This document shows, one piece after another, positions 53,166 to 62,096 of a stretch of 64,000 nucleotides of DNA. Origin of the DNA: a virus (Duplodnaviria > Caudoviricetes); the IMG/VR virus record IMGVR_UViG_3300005259_000074, positions 1 through 64,000 of that record; one strand, written 5' to 3'. The notes beneath the pieces were generated by a model. The model was not told where the DNA came from and did no database searches. It worked only from the letters and a program-made list of their open reading frames with translations. A program made the translations under genes and the position numbers. The number at the start of each line of letters is the position of its first letter. Position 1 is the first letter of the stretch.

Positions 53166-53627
53166 TCAGTCCTTCTTTTTGTATTTATCGACGATCGCCT
53201 CTATTGCCGCTTTGACGATGTCTTGTGGGAGGTCTAGACCAGCGATCCCCTTGAAGAAGTGGTCCATCGCGATCTTCATCTCGGGGTTGGCTATGTCGGA
53301 ACCGACGTGCACTTCCTGTCCACCGACAGAAGCTATCCTCTCGTGGCCAGGTCCCACTGGAAGCGCTCCTGCTTTTTGCGCAGCCATCTTAGCTAGCAGA
53401 TCTTCCTCATCGCCTGGTTTGTCGTACGACTTGAACAAGAGCCTCTGGTCTTTCTCCGGGGCGCTGATCTTCTCGAACTTGTCTCCGACTTTGCGGAACA
53501 GAGGGACGCCTTTCTCGCGCCCGTAGAAGCCGTACCCCAGGGCGTGAGTCTGTTCGGGTCCCTTCAAGTGGAAGTTCTCCTTCTCCCAAGGCATGTTGCT
53601 CTCGTATAACTCCTGGAACTTGCTCAT
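53166..53627 (-). CDS. putative internal head protein (MSKFQELYE leader)
   Basis: ATGA-coupled start 53627; N-terminal domain paralogous to 52738..53160. Confidence 0.75.
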   Translation of the reverse strand: MSKFQELYESNMPWEKENFHLKGPEQTHALGYGFYGREKGVPLFRKVGDKFEKISAPEKDQRLLFKSYDKPGDEEDLLAKMAAQKAGALPVGPGHERIASVGGQEVHVGSDIANPEMKIAMDHFFKGIAGLDLPQDIVKAAIEAIVDKYKKKD

Positions 53628-53959
53628 TTCTGCTCCCATTTTTCCCTGACAGCTTCGAGTATCTCTTCGGTCCGTTCAGCTGACTGTTCAGTCACGGTGT
53701 TGAAACCTTCTACAGCCTGTTTGATGATGTACTCGAACAACTCAGTCGAGATTACTCCGTGTGCTTTGAAAGTCGACCAGTGACGCTGATCGCGGCTAGC
53801 TCTCACGTCGCCGTTCTCGAGCTTTTTAACGGTGTAACCCGTAGCTTCTAACAGATTTGTCACGAAGGGCATCCACTCCAAGTGGACTAATTTCTTCTCT
53901 TCAGAGACGACAGGTGATTTTATTGTGACTCTCTCGTATAGCTCCTGGAACTTACTCAT
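53624..53959 (-). CDS. putative internal head protein (MSKFQELYE leader)
   Basis: Leader followed by an unrelated body. Confidence 0.75.
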   Translation of the reverse strand: MSKFQELYERVTIKSPVVSEEKKLVHLEWMPFVTNLLEATGYTVKKLENGDVRASRDQRHWSTFKAHGVISTELFEYIIKQAVEGFNTVTEQSAERTEEILEAVREKWEQK

Positions 53960-53966
53960 TTGACCC

Positions 53967-54377
53967 TCACTTCAGGTTCTCCAACTTGTACAGTGTAGAA
54001 GTCAACAACTTCTGCACTTCGTCTATCTCGTTCTGGAGCCAAGACTCGGAAATGCTCTTCCGGCTGACCTCTATGTACTTCACGAGCGATGTGATGTACA
54101 CGACTGGGTCGGTGTCGGCTGCAACAGCGGACAGAGTTATGTCCGCTAGCTTACCGTGCGATCCCTGCCAAGACTCGACTATCCCATCGACCAGTCCTAA
54201 GATCTTATCGTAAGCGTCGTTCAGCGCTACGTGAGCGGCGTATGATCCGGCGCCCTGTGTCTTCAGGTGGGACAGGTGGAAGAAATCTCGCGCTTGGAAC
54301 AGCTTGGCGAACAGGTCGAACACCGGCTTGTTAGTCTCGAACGTCAGCGCTTCGTAAAGCTCTTGGAACTTACTCAT
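53967..54377 (-). CDS. Dps/ferritin-like protein (DUF5856-like) with MSKFQELYE leader
   Basis: ARDFFHLSHLKT..SYAAHVALNDAYD....VDGIVESWQG four-helix metal-ligand pattern. Confidence 0.75.
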   Translation of the reverse strand: MSKFQELYEALTFETNKPVFDLFAKLFQARDFFHLSHLKTQGAGSYAAHVALNDAYDKILGLVDGIVESWQGSHGKLADITLSAVAADTDPVVYITSLVKYIEVSRKSISESWLQNEIDEVQKLLTSTLYKLENLK

Positions 54378-54378
54378 T

Positions 54379-54744
54379 TCATTCCCCCCTCTTATCGAGA
54401 TAATCCTTGACGTATTCGCCGGCTTCAGCTATAGCGATCGCAGCATTACGGGCTTTTTTAGATATGTCATGGTACTTTCCGCCGGCTCCCACGACCATAT
54501 CACGGATAGTTTGAGACGTAGTGCCTAAGTTCAGAAAAGCTTCGCCGTTGGTTTTATGTTTGTTCACAACTTCTTCAAGATATGCGATCATCAGTGGGAC
54601 GATCTTATCTTCTGGAATCTCATTTTTCCACGTGACTAACGATGGACGAACTCGATCGACCATGTGCTTAAGATGGTTCCAGTCTCCAGATTCAAGATTT
54701 TTTGTATGAACTACATTCTCATATAGCTCTTGAAACTTACTCAT
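54379..54744 (-). CDS. putative internal head protein (MSKFQELYE leader)
   Basis: Leader followed by an unrelated body. Confidence 0.75.
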   Translation of the reverse strand: MSKFQELYENVVHTKNLESGDWNHLKHMVDRVRPSLVTWKNEIPEDKIVPLMIAYLEEVVNKHKTNGEAFLNLGTTSQTIRDMVVGAGGKYHDISKKARNAAIAIAEAGEYVKDYLDKRGE

Positions 54745-54758
54745 ATGTTGACCTTTCT

Positions 54759-55337
54759 TTAACGCGTGTAGAACTCCTGGTACTGCGAGACGTACCAGTG
54801 TCTGTATGGAATGATGATCGCTTCAGGTGGGGTAGTAGCTATGCTGAACACCGACAATGGGACGTCTAGAGGAGTCACCACTAACAAGTTGCACGTCCAG
54901 TTGAAGCACATCTGGGCGGTTTGAGTCTGGTTGAACACCAGTTCAAATCTGTCGCGTAGAACGGGATCGTCGTAGCAGACTCTCGAATCTATGACTTCCT
55001 GAAAAGTCCACGGACGGTACGATATGAAGCCGGCGCTGCACAGGCGAGTGTAAGCCCTGCACATGATGTACTGGTCGCCGACGAGCGCTCCGTCTAGCGT
55101 GACGATGCCGACTGGAAGTATCGGGATGCTGACCACCGCTACTTCAGTCGCGTTGAACGCCGTTATCAAGCAGTTAGCGCCCCAGTTGATCGGAACTTGG
55201 AAGTAGTTCAGAGGCTGGTCATACCTAGTGTCGTAGAAGTAGGTGTCTCTCGTGTCTATGTACTGAGCGCACGAAGACAGCATGACTGTCACACACAGCA
55301 GTAAGAGCATCACCAACTTCTTCATGAGAACTGTCAT
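54759..55337 (-). CDS. lipoprotein interrupting the internal-protein cluster
   Basis: MKKL...LSSC lipobox; no MSKF leader. Confidence 0.65.
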   Translation of the reverse strand: MTVLMKKLVMLLLLCVTVMLSSCAQYIDTRDTYFYDTRYDQPLNYFQVPINWGANCLITAFNATEVAVVSIPILPVGIVTLDGALVGDQYIMCRAYTRLCSAGFISYRPWTFQEVIDSRVCYDDPVLRDRFELVFNQTQTAQMCFNWTCNLLVVTPLDVPLSVFSIATTPPEAIIIPYRHWYVSQYQEFYTR

Positions 55338-55591
55338 TTCTTGTTGTAATCTGACTTAGCATCGCTCTTGAGGATCGTCTTATACAGTTTCTGAAGGCTC
55401 TCGGTGTTCAGAGAGAAGAGTCCCTTTCCTTCACCTTCGAGAGTACCGGTGTGTCCTTCTATCTTAGCCGCCATGAACTCGCGAAATTCAGCACCGCCAT
55501 CACCTTCGTACATTTCTCGGCTGTGCCTATTTGCTTTGATCTTGTTGAGATCGACTACGTGATTCTCGTACAAATCTTGGAACTTGCTCAT
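55334..55591 (-). CDS. putative internal head protein (MSKFQDLYE leader)
   Basis: Leader variant; GAGG RBS. Confidence 0.75.
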   Translation of the reverse strand: MSKFQDLYENHVVDLNKIKANRHSREMYEGDGGAEFREFMAAKIEGHTGTLEGEGKGLFSLNTESLQKLYKTILKSDAKSDYNKK

Positions 55592-55606
55592 GTCAATGTC
55601 CTCAGC

Positions 55607-56179
55607 TTATGTGTTGAGACCGCCGGTGGCAACAGGGTCGGCCTGTCCGGTGCCCTCTGGATACCAGTACTGGTATGCGAAGGTGACGTCGAACGTCGAA
55701 GGAGTAGCAGCGTCGTAGGAGAGCTGCAAGTCGCCTATCTGAGACGGGAATATGCCCGCCATGACGTAGGTCGAAGCGATGTTCTGCATGTCGGGGGTCA
55801 GGAGGTCTATCCTAGCGAGGTCAGTTGGGACGGTCTTCTGCCCTCCGCCGCCGTACTGGATGTTCGAGAATATGTTCATCCACTGCTCAAAAGTGGTCCT
55901 GACGACCATCGCATTGTCGCAGTGCACCGTCACATTCCAGGAATCGCCGTAGTTGACGATGCCCGGGAGCTTGAACTTGATGCCCTGGTATGCGATCTCC
56001 TCGGCGGATATCTGCTTGCCCGGGAGGGAAGTCGCCGTGCAGTAGAACGCGAAGGACGGACCCAACACCGGAGAGGACACAGAGGACGAAGTCACAGTCA
56101 GCTGGAACTGGTTCTGCAACCTCTGGGGTGTAGAGGAAATGTAGCTGTAGAAGCCCTGTAGTGATTGGACGTTACCCAT
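55607..56179 (-). CDS. gp19: T4-like tail tube protein
   Basis: CTATSLPG, WNVT..D....R..FEQW, GIFPSQIG.LQLSYD, FDVTFAYQYW. Confidence 0.9.
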   Translation of the reverse strand: MGNVQSLQGFYSYISSTPQRLQNQFQLTVTSSSVSSPVLGPSFAFYCTATSLPGKQISAEEIAYQGIKFKLPGIVNYGDSWNVTVHCDNAMVVRTTFEQWMNIFSNIQYGGGGQKTVPTDLARIDLLTPDMQNIASTYVMAGIFPSQIGDLQLSYDAATPSTFDVTFAYQYWYPEGTGQADPVATGGLNT

Positions 56180-56206
56180 CTTAAGAGTATCCTTTCGGTT
56201 TCATTC

Positions 56207-56277
56207 TATTTACACAGATCTGGCTCCTGCGCCAGACAGATGCATCGCGAGACACTTCTCGCGGTATTCTATTTATC
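56207..56277 (-). promoter_or_regulatory. two late promoter variants (TGTAAATA 56207-14, GATAAATA 56270-77) with two intervening hairpins
   Basis: Boxes upstream of gp19; stems TCTGGC/GCCAGA and CGCGAGA/TCTCGCG. Confidence 0.6.
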
Positions 56278-56289
56278 AACGGAGATCTC

Positions 56290-56739
56290 GTGACGACTCT
56301 AGAAACCTACATACCGGTGAAGAACGAGAGGACTGCGGTAGACGTACCTTTTCCTAACTTCATCGTCACATCCGCGGTTTCTTTCAAGTCCCCACAGAGC
56401 ACTCACGTTATAAGGGCAGAGCTGAGGACGGCCGAGGGAAAGATCCAGAAGTTCACCGTAGAGTGCGTGTTGAAGACCGATTTCATCAGGTGTCCTTGCT
56501 ACGGCAACTACAAGGGCTTCGGTGTCAAAAAAGTAGAAGACATCATATCGTTCTGGATGTCTTTCAGGAATGATAGAGGGTACGGAGATCTTAAACCAGT
56601 CAGTTGTATGCACATGGACACCGACTGGAAGTACCAGACAGGTGAATCGATCGTGTGTCACTGTTCGGAAATAGCTTCGCACTTGATAAACACGTGCTAT
56701 AAAGATGAGTTCACGCTGCAGAAGTTGGAGGAGATATGA
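56290..56739 (+). CDS. extended CRT-family protein
   Basis: CVLKTDFIRCPCY..C..CHC..; ends LQKLEEI*. Confidence 0.7.
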   Translation: MTTLETYIPVKNERTAVDVPFPNFIVTSAVSFKSPQSTHVIRAELRTAEGKIQKFTVECVLKTDFIRCPCYGNYKGFGVKKVEDIISFWMSFRNDRGYGDLKPVSCMHMDTDWKYQTGESIVCHCSEIASHLINTCYKDEFTLQKLEEI

Positions 56740-57107
56740 CAGACGCCGAACGAGAGGACATCTTAGACTCGTACAGAGTGGTGAGCGACTCCAGAGACGA
56801 GCCTAACGCCGGAGACATGATCATCGTCAAGCTCGAGTCTCCCATCGGACACCGGATCATAGGCGAAATGAAGTTCGACAGAAACCACGTCAAGTACTTC
56901 GCGTCGATGTGCGTGTTGAAACCAGATTTCTCCAGGTGTCCTCGCTACTCGGAGAGCGGTAATTGCTGCGTCCACATGTACCCGAGTAAAGACCCTCTCG
57001 AATCATGGTGGGCTGTCCAGTGTTTTGATGAAGTGATATCGAACTTCGTCATACGCAGAGGTAATCTAGAAGACGAATTCGCTCTAATGAAAATGGAAGA
57101 AATGTAG
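56736..57107 (+). CDS. extended CRT-family protein (paralog of 56290..56739)
   Basis: CVLKPDFSRCPRY; ends LMKMEEM*. Confidence 0.7.
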   Translation: MTDAEREDILDSYRVVSDSRDEPNAGDMIIVKLESPIGHRIIGEMKFDRNHVKYFASMCVLKPDFSRCPRYSESGNCCVHMYPSKDPLESWWAVQCFDEVISNFVIRRGNLEDEFALMKMEEM

Positions 57108-57112
57108 GACAC

Positions 57113-58768
57113 ATGAGTTTCGACTGTAAGAGCTATTTTCCGTTCCCAAAAGCCAGAGTCGTCCAGCAGAAGGTGCTGGACGTCGCTAAAGATGCGTACG
57201 AATCCGGATTCGACCACGTGGTCCTCTCAGCTCCGACCGGAGTAGGGAAGAGCGCTATAGCAGTAGCGCTATCTAACTGGCTCAACAAGACCAGTGGGGC
57301 GCAGACGTATGGCCTGACTAGCCAGAAAGTGCTCCAAGAGCAGTACTGCAGCGATTTCAACATTCCAATGCTCAAGGGTAAGGCCAACTTCAAGTGCGCT
57401 AAGGACCCGTTCGGCAACTTGAAGTGCGACGCCGGAGTCTGCATGATGCTGAGAGCTAGGGGGAAAGCGGTGACCTGCGCTGGAGCGTGTCCCTACATCG
57501 CCGCGAGAGACCTAGCTTACTCGAAACCGATGCTCGTGACGAACTACCGCTACTTCCTGAACATGTCGCTAGCCGCTGAGATAATGAAGCACGACGGCAA
57601 AGAGCTGTTTCACCAACCCAGAGAGCTGCTGGTGCTAGATGAGGCCCACCGCGTGGAATCTGAGGTTCTCGAATTCGCGTCACTGTCGTTGAAGTCTGAT
57701 GACTTCCTGTCTTTTGGGTTGGGGAGGAAGTTCTTGAAGCTCCCGGAGTCTAGCACTACAGAAGCAGATTTGGTGACGTGGCTAGACGATCACGGGCTTC
57801 CGGTGCTCAACGACAAGTACAACCGCGAGCTGCTGGAGCTAGCTCAGATGGACGAGAACGACAAGAAGACTTATGCGCAGAGCAGGAAGGTCAAGTTCTT
57901 GGACACGCTGATATGCATGGGCAACCGGTTGAACTCGGCAGCTAAGTCTGGCATTCCAGTCTGCGCGTGGGCGGGAGAAGGTACTGCCGACTTCAAACTG
58001 GTGTTCGGCAAGTCTGCTTGGGACAAGTGGCTGTCTATCTACGGGAAGTACAAGCTGTCGATGTCTGCCACAATCCTCTCCAAAGAGCAGTACTGCGAAG
58101 AGCTGGGGTTAGACCCGTCTAGAGTCAAGTACATCAAGTGTCCGTCTCCGTTCGACGTAGAGCACCGGAAGATACTGGCAGTCCCAATCGGAAGTATGTC
58201 GTACTCAAAGAAGGAGTCGACCCTGCCGCTACTAGCCAGAGCCGTGGAGAACATCCTTTCTAAGCACGCAGATGAACGTGGGATCATACACTGCGTTAAC
58301 TACGGGGTCGCTAGCTACATCCTCTCCAACGTGTCTCCAGAGGCGCAGAACCGCTTGGTGTACCCCAAGGGGGAAGACCGAGACGAGCTGATAGACTTCT
58401 TCATGAGGCAGTCGAAGCACCGGAGAGACTTGGTGCTGATCAGCCCGTCTCTGGGAGAGGGGATAAACTTGCGAGGAGAGCTTGCGAGGTTTGCTATCAT
58501 ATGCAAAGTCCCATACGCAGGATTGGGCGATCCCTGGGTCAAGAAGAGGATGTCGATGGACAACACTTGGTACTCGGACTTCGCTTCCAAGAACTTAGTC
58601 CAGATGACTGGGAGGACTGTCAGGACTGAAGACGACTGGGCGAAGACCTACGTGTTAGACGACGACTTTGTGAAGCACGTCGTGCGGAACCAAGACAGGC
58701 TCCCGCAGTGGTGGTTAGACTCAGTCAAACCGGCTGACAGAGCGCTGATAGATGAACTCACTAAGTGA
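57113..58768 (+). CDS. DinG/Rad3-like SF2 DNA helicase
   Basis: APTGVGKS, DEAH, MSAT, GIIHC, SPSLGEGINL, QMTGRTVR. Confidence 0.92.
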   Translation: MSFDCKSYFPFPKARVVQQKVLDVAKDAYESGFDHVVLSAPTGVGKSAIAVALSNWLNKTSGAQTYGLTSQKVLQEQYCSDFNIPMLKGKANFKCAKDPFGNLKCDAGVCMMLRARGKAVTCAGACPYIAARDLAYSKPMLVTNYRYFLNMSLAAEIMKHDGKELFHQPRELLVLDEAHRVESEVLEFASLSLKSDDFLSFGLGRKFLKLPESSTTEADLVTWLDDHGLPVLNDKYNRELLELAQMDENDKKTYAQSRKVKFLDTLICMGNRLNSAAKSGIPVCAWAGEGTADFKLVFGKSAWDKWLSIYGKYKLSMSATILSKEQYCEELGLDPSRVKYIKCPSPFDVEHRKILAVPIGSMSYSKKESTLPLLARAVENILSKHADERGIIHCVNYGVASYILSNVSPEAQNRLVYPKGEDRDELIDFFMRQSKHRRDLVLISPSLGEGINLRGELARFAIICKVPYAGLGDPWVKKRMSMDNTWYSDFASKNLVQMTGRTVRTEDDWAKTYVLDDDFVKHVVRNQDRLPQWWLDSVKPADRALIDELTK

Positions 58769-59003
58769 TTTAGACAACTTGTGCAGACCCTGGGGTCTCT
58801 CAGTCGACTCACAAGGACACTGTTTCGGAGCTGATCCATTGATGGGTCCATATGGTTCTGGTTTCGATCGTCAGACCGAGTGCGCTTACTTCGAATACTC
58901 CGCAGTAAAAGACAGATGTAAGTTCTTCATCGGTTATCGCAACTGCAGTTGTGATAGAGCCCTGGAGAACGCTATCGTGGCCAGAAAGATAGAAGACCTG
59001 TGA
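58752..59003 (+). CDS. CRT-family protein
   Basis: NLC..HC..CAYF..C..CSCDRALENA..RKIEDL*. Confidence 0.8.
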   Translation: MNSLSDLDNLCRPWGLSVDSQGHCFGADPLMGPYGSGFDRQTECAYFEYSAVKDRCKFFIGYRNCSCDRALENAIVARKIEDL

Positions 59004-59257
59004 TGAAATCTCCTCTGTGTAAGAGTTACTGGAACGGATGGCACTGCGAAGCTTCGCGGATTGACCTGACGTGGTTTCCACCGACATTCGTCTCTGACGC
59101 TGAGAAGCAATCCCAGTGTGAGTTCTTCGAACGAGACAACAAGAATGAATGCCGATGGTTCAATGTTAACATCAACAATTTCCACGTGTTCAGCACCTGT
59201 TCGTGTGGTGCTGCCCACGCGATGGTGTTGGCCGACAAGATAATGGAAGATTTCTGA
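59000..59257 (+). CDS. CRT-family protein
   Basis: CEFF..C..CSCGAAHA..KIMEDF*. Confidence 0.8.
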   Translation: MMKSPLCKSYWNGWHCEASRIDLTWFPPTFVSDAEKQSQCEFFERDNKNECRWFNVNINNFHVFSTCSCGAAHAMVLADKIMEDF

Positions 59258-59470
59258 TCAGAGTCGATCTAGTTTCTCGTCCATGCGAGCTTCTCTGCTG
59301 AGACACACGTAACCACTCTTAGCATTCAACACGTGCTGACAACGTACATTCTCGAAGTATGGGGATGTTTCTTCCGGCTCAAAGAACTCACACGTTGACA
59401 TCCGCGGTCCCATGCTGATGAAAGCTTCACAGTAGTACGTTCCGTCTTTGTATATCCTGCAATAGTTCAC
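59258..59470 (-). CDS. CRT-family protein
   Basis: GTG 59470 after AGAGGA; CEFF; ends EKLDRL*. Confidence 0.8.
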   Translation of the reverse strand: MNYCRIYKDGTYYCEAFISMGPRMSTCEFFEPEETSPYFENVRCQHVLNAKSGYVCLSREARMDEKLDRL

Positions 59471-59481
59471 ATTTTCCTCTG

Positions 59482-59730
59482 CTATATGCTCTCCAAGGCG
59501 TTCATAGTCGATTTCTCCAGTCGGGCTTCGGCGTTGGTGCACCTGTGTTCTTCTTTAGAAAAACCTTTTCCGTTGGACCTCCACTTACACCGATTGTACT
59601 GCTGGTACCCGGACAGATGGGACGCGTTATCGTTTTCGAAATATGAACAGTCTTTCATGTGAGGACTAAAGTTCATGAATCCTTCACAGATGAAAGAGTC
59701 TCCTGCTATTCTGCACATATTATCTTTCAC
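59482..59730 (-). CDS. CRT-family protein
   Basis: GTGA-coupled MKDNMC; CSYF; ends NALESI*. Confidence 0.8.
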   Translation of the reverse strand: MKDNMCRIAGDSFICEGFMNFSPHMKDCSYFENDNASHLSGYQQYNRCKWRSNGKGFSKEEHRCTNAEARLEKSTMNALESI

Positions 59731-59948
59731 AGCTCCTCCAGTTTCTTCATTAACAATGAGTCTTCTATTGCTGACCAACACGTGCAGAAGTTATCGCGAT
59801 TCCGGTGTTTGCAGTCTCCGTGACCGTTTTCGAAGAACTTGCAACTGCGGATGTCTAGTGTTCTATCCCACAGCACCGTCCTACACACGAAGAAAACTTC
59901 AGTGGGGTCTGATCTCTTCGACAACATCTCACAGAGGTTACTCTTCAT
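59727..59948 (-). CDS. CRT-family protein
   Basis: MKSNLC; CKFF; CTCWSA; ends KKLEEL*. Confidence 0.8.
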   Translation of the reverse strand: MKSNLCEMLSKRSDPTEVFFVCRTVLWDRTLDIRSCKFFENGHGDCKHRNRDNFCTCWSAIEDSLLMKKLEEL

Positions 59949-60139
59949 AATTCTTCCATCTTTAGCAATGTCTGGGCATCTCTCTGGGCTTTTTCACACA
60001 AGCAATATATGACATTGCCGCTCCCTTGATAAACGCACTTTCCACCATTCCCCTCATAGAAATCGCATTTATCCAGAGATGCTAACACACTAAGTCTACA
60101 TAAGAATTCAATTTCTGCAATTACGCACAAGTTATTCAC
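59945..60139 (-). CDS. CRT-family protein
   Basis: MNNLC; CDFY; CLCEKA; ends LKMEEL*. Confidence 0.8.
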   Translation of the reverse strand: MNNLCVIAEIEFLCRLSVLASLDKCDFYEGNGGKCVYQGSGNVIYCLCEKAQRDAQTLLKMEEL

Positions 60140-60453
60140 AGCGTCTCCATCTTGGCTGCTATGAGTGAATCTTCGTTAGCATTCCTGCACATACATAAGG
60201 AGTGCGACGCCTCATCATTCTCGACGTAGTGACACCTCCAGCCGGCCGCGGCCCCTATCCCATCTGGTTTAAAGTACTTGCACATGAACATAGGAGTGAT
60301 ATTCGGATCTACTTTTGGCGACGCTGGAAAGATACCGTAGTTGTTGCACTTCTTTACGGCTTCTTGTTCAGTCTTCGACCGGAGCACCGCAGTGCACCAG
60401 AAAGAAGGCTTCGCGAAATCTTCATATCCAACGCACGTGCAGCAGTTCGTCAT
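60136..60453 (-). CDS. CRT-family protein
   Basis: MTNCC; CKYF; CMCRNA; ends AKMETL*. Confidence 0.8.
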   Translation of the reverse strand: MTNCCTCVGYEDFAKPSFWCTAVLRSKTEQEAVKKCNNYGIFPASPKVDPNITPMFMCKYFKPDGIGAAAGWRCHYVENDEASHSLCMCRNANEDSLIAAKMETL

Positions 60454-60680
60454 AACTCCTCCATGTTCCGGTCTATCTGAGCGTCCACGTTAGAGCAGAA
60501 GTGAGTGAAGTCCCAACGTCCGATTGGTGGATTGTCCCGCTTCACAGCGAATTTGCATTCTTTCGTGTCGTGAGTGGATGTCTCCTCTCTGAAATCACAG
60601 TTGGTATTGATTGGCTTAGGCTGTGGGCGCGGGGTTCTCCAACACATGTATTCTCCCGATACCTTCAAGCAGCGGTTCAT
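60450..60680 (-). CDS. CRT-family protein
   Basis: MNRC; CDF; ends RNMEEL*. Confidence 0.8.
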   Translation of the reverse strand: MNRCLKVSGEYMCWRTPRPQPKPINTNCDFREETSTHDTKECKFAVKRDNPPIGRWDFTHFCSNVDAQIDRNMEEL

Positions 60681-60925
60681 ATGTCCTCCAACTTTTGGAG
60701 CAGATTCTGTTGCTCTCTAGAGATGATCGCCGCTGGGCACAAGCAGAAATCTCTGTGGTTTCCTACTGTCCACACGCACCGGCCCTTCTTCTCTTCGAAG
60801 TAGACGTATGGATCGCACTCTTCAAAGAACTCACAATCTCTTATTCTGACACCGACGAACACGAAAGACATGCAGTACGTCTTTTCGTTGAGTACGTCGC
60901 ACATGTTGAATTTCTGAGTTGTCAT
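60677..60925 (-). CDS. CRT-family protein
   Basis: ATGA-coupled start 60925; CEFF; CLCPAA; ends QKLEDI*. Confidence 0.8.
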   Translation of the reverse strand: MTTQKFNMCDVLNEKTYCMSFVFVGVRIRDCEFFEECDPYVYFEEKKGRCVWTVGNHRDFCLCPAAIISREQQNLLQKLEDI

Positions 60926-61149
60926 ATGTCTTCCATCTTCGCTTCTAGACGAGCGTCGAGATGAGCTTTCTCGCAGTTGCACAACTTATAGAAGTCGTTC
61001 TGTGCCCATGCACAAGTGCCTCTAAATGTTACCCACTCTTCGAAGAACTCGCATTCACTGAGTTCGTCTGACAACTTCGCAGTGCACTTGAACCACCTGT
61101 CATCGGTGAGTTTATCAGGATTGATGTGCATCAACTTACAGAAGTTCAT
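60922..61149 (-). CDS. CRT-family protein
   Basis: MNFC; CEFF; CNCEKA; ends AKMEDI*. Confidence 0.8.
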   Translation of the reverse strand: MNFCKLMHINPDKLTDDRWFKCTAKLSDELSECEFFEEWVTFRGTCAWAQNDFYKLCNCEKAHLDARLEAKMEDI

Positions 61150-61373
61150 ATGTCCTCCAACTTAGACGATAGCAGGCTGTCTTCCTGTGCTTCTTCGGAA
61201 CAGCAGTACCAGTACTCGTCTTGGTGATAGCACTTCTTTGCACTCGCGGCTGGTTTAAAGAACTCGCACAGTTGACAATAGTATTGTGTATGGTACGAGG
61301 GCTTGCAAAAGAAATCGATTTCGGAGCTACCGTTGAGGTTGACGTAGGCTACTGAGCAGAGGTTCTCCTTCAT
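61146..61373 (-). CDS. CRT-family protein
   Basis: MKENLC; CEFF; ends SKLEDI*. Confidence 0.8.
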   Translation of the reverse strand: MKENLCSVAYVNLNGSSEIDFFCKPSYHTQYYCQLCEFFKPAASAKKCYHQDEYWYCCSEEAQEDSLLSSKLEDI

Positions 61374-61660
61374 ATGTCTTCTAGCTCCAGCATCAACCGT
61401 TCGTCTTTAGTAGCTTCAGGACACTCGCACATGAGATTCATACTGTCCGTCCACACACAACTATTTCCAGATACATATTTGCTCTTGAAGAAACAACACG
61501 TCCTCTGTGCTACTCCAAAAGACTGCCCGTGAAATTCATTGTACAGCTGATTAGCTTGATGCACTCTCATAGAGATTGGACTTCCACCACATAGGAAGCG
61601 AATTTCATCGTCAATATCAGTTTTAAAGCCCTTGCACAAGCTCTTCCTTGCTGGATTCAT
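61370..61660 (-). CDS. CRT-family protein
   Basis: CCFF; CECPEA; ends LELEDI*. Confidence 0.8.
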   Translation of the reverse strand: MNPARKSLCKGFKTDIDDEIRFLCGGSPISMRVHQANQLYNEFHGQSFGVAQRTCCFFKSKYVSGNSCVWTDSMNLMCECPEATKDERLMLELEDI

Positions 61661-61881
61661 ATCTCATCTAGCCTCGTTGTCATCTTCGCTTCTTCTATAG
61701 CTTCGCGGCAGTCGCAGAACTCGAGAACGATCCCAGACGACCACTCACAACTGTTGGCGTTAGTGCTCCCTCTCCGAAAGTACTTACAGTCCGTCACAAA
61801 CACCACGTCTCCTCGAGACAGCGCAGACGTCTTGACTAAGCCGCCGCACCATCCATGGTGCGTGCAGAAGTTCTCCTTCAT
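61657..61881 (-). CDS. CRT-family protein
   Basis: MKENFC; CKYF; CDCREA; ends TRLDEI*. Confidence 0.8.
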   Translation of the reverse strand: MKENFCTHHGWCGGLVKTSALSRGDVVFVTDCKYFRRGSTNANSCEWSSGIVLEFCDCREAIEEAKMTTRLDEI

Positions 61882-62096
61882 ATGTTCTCCAGTGCGTGTT
61901 CAGCCAGAGCGTCTTCTCTTGCCGCCTTACACCAGCAGTCGTTCCCATCGAAGGCTTTGTCGTGCCGGCACCGCGGGTATGGGTAGTCAAATCCCTCGAA
62001 GTACTTACAACCGCTAGTATACTCCAACGAACGTAGAGCGTGACACCGAAACGTGATGTTACCTTTATTTTCGTGCACTTCACAGAAATTCCTCAT
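61878..62096 (-). CDS. CRT-family protein
   Basis: ATGA-coupled MRNFC; CKYF; CWCKAA; ends HALENI*. Confidence 0.8.
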   Translation of the reverse strand: MRNFCEVHENKGNITFRCHALRSLEYTSGCKYFEGFDYPYPRCRHDKAFDGNDCWCKAAREDALAEHALENI

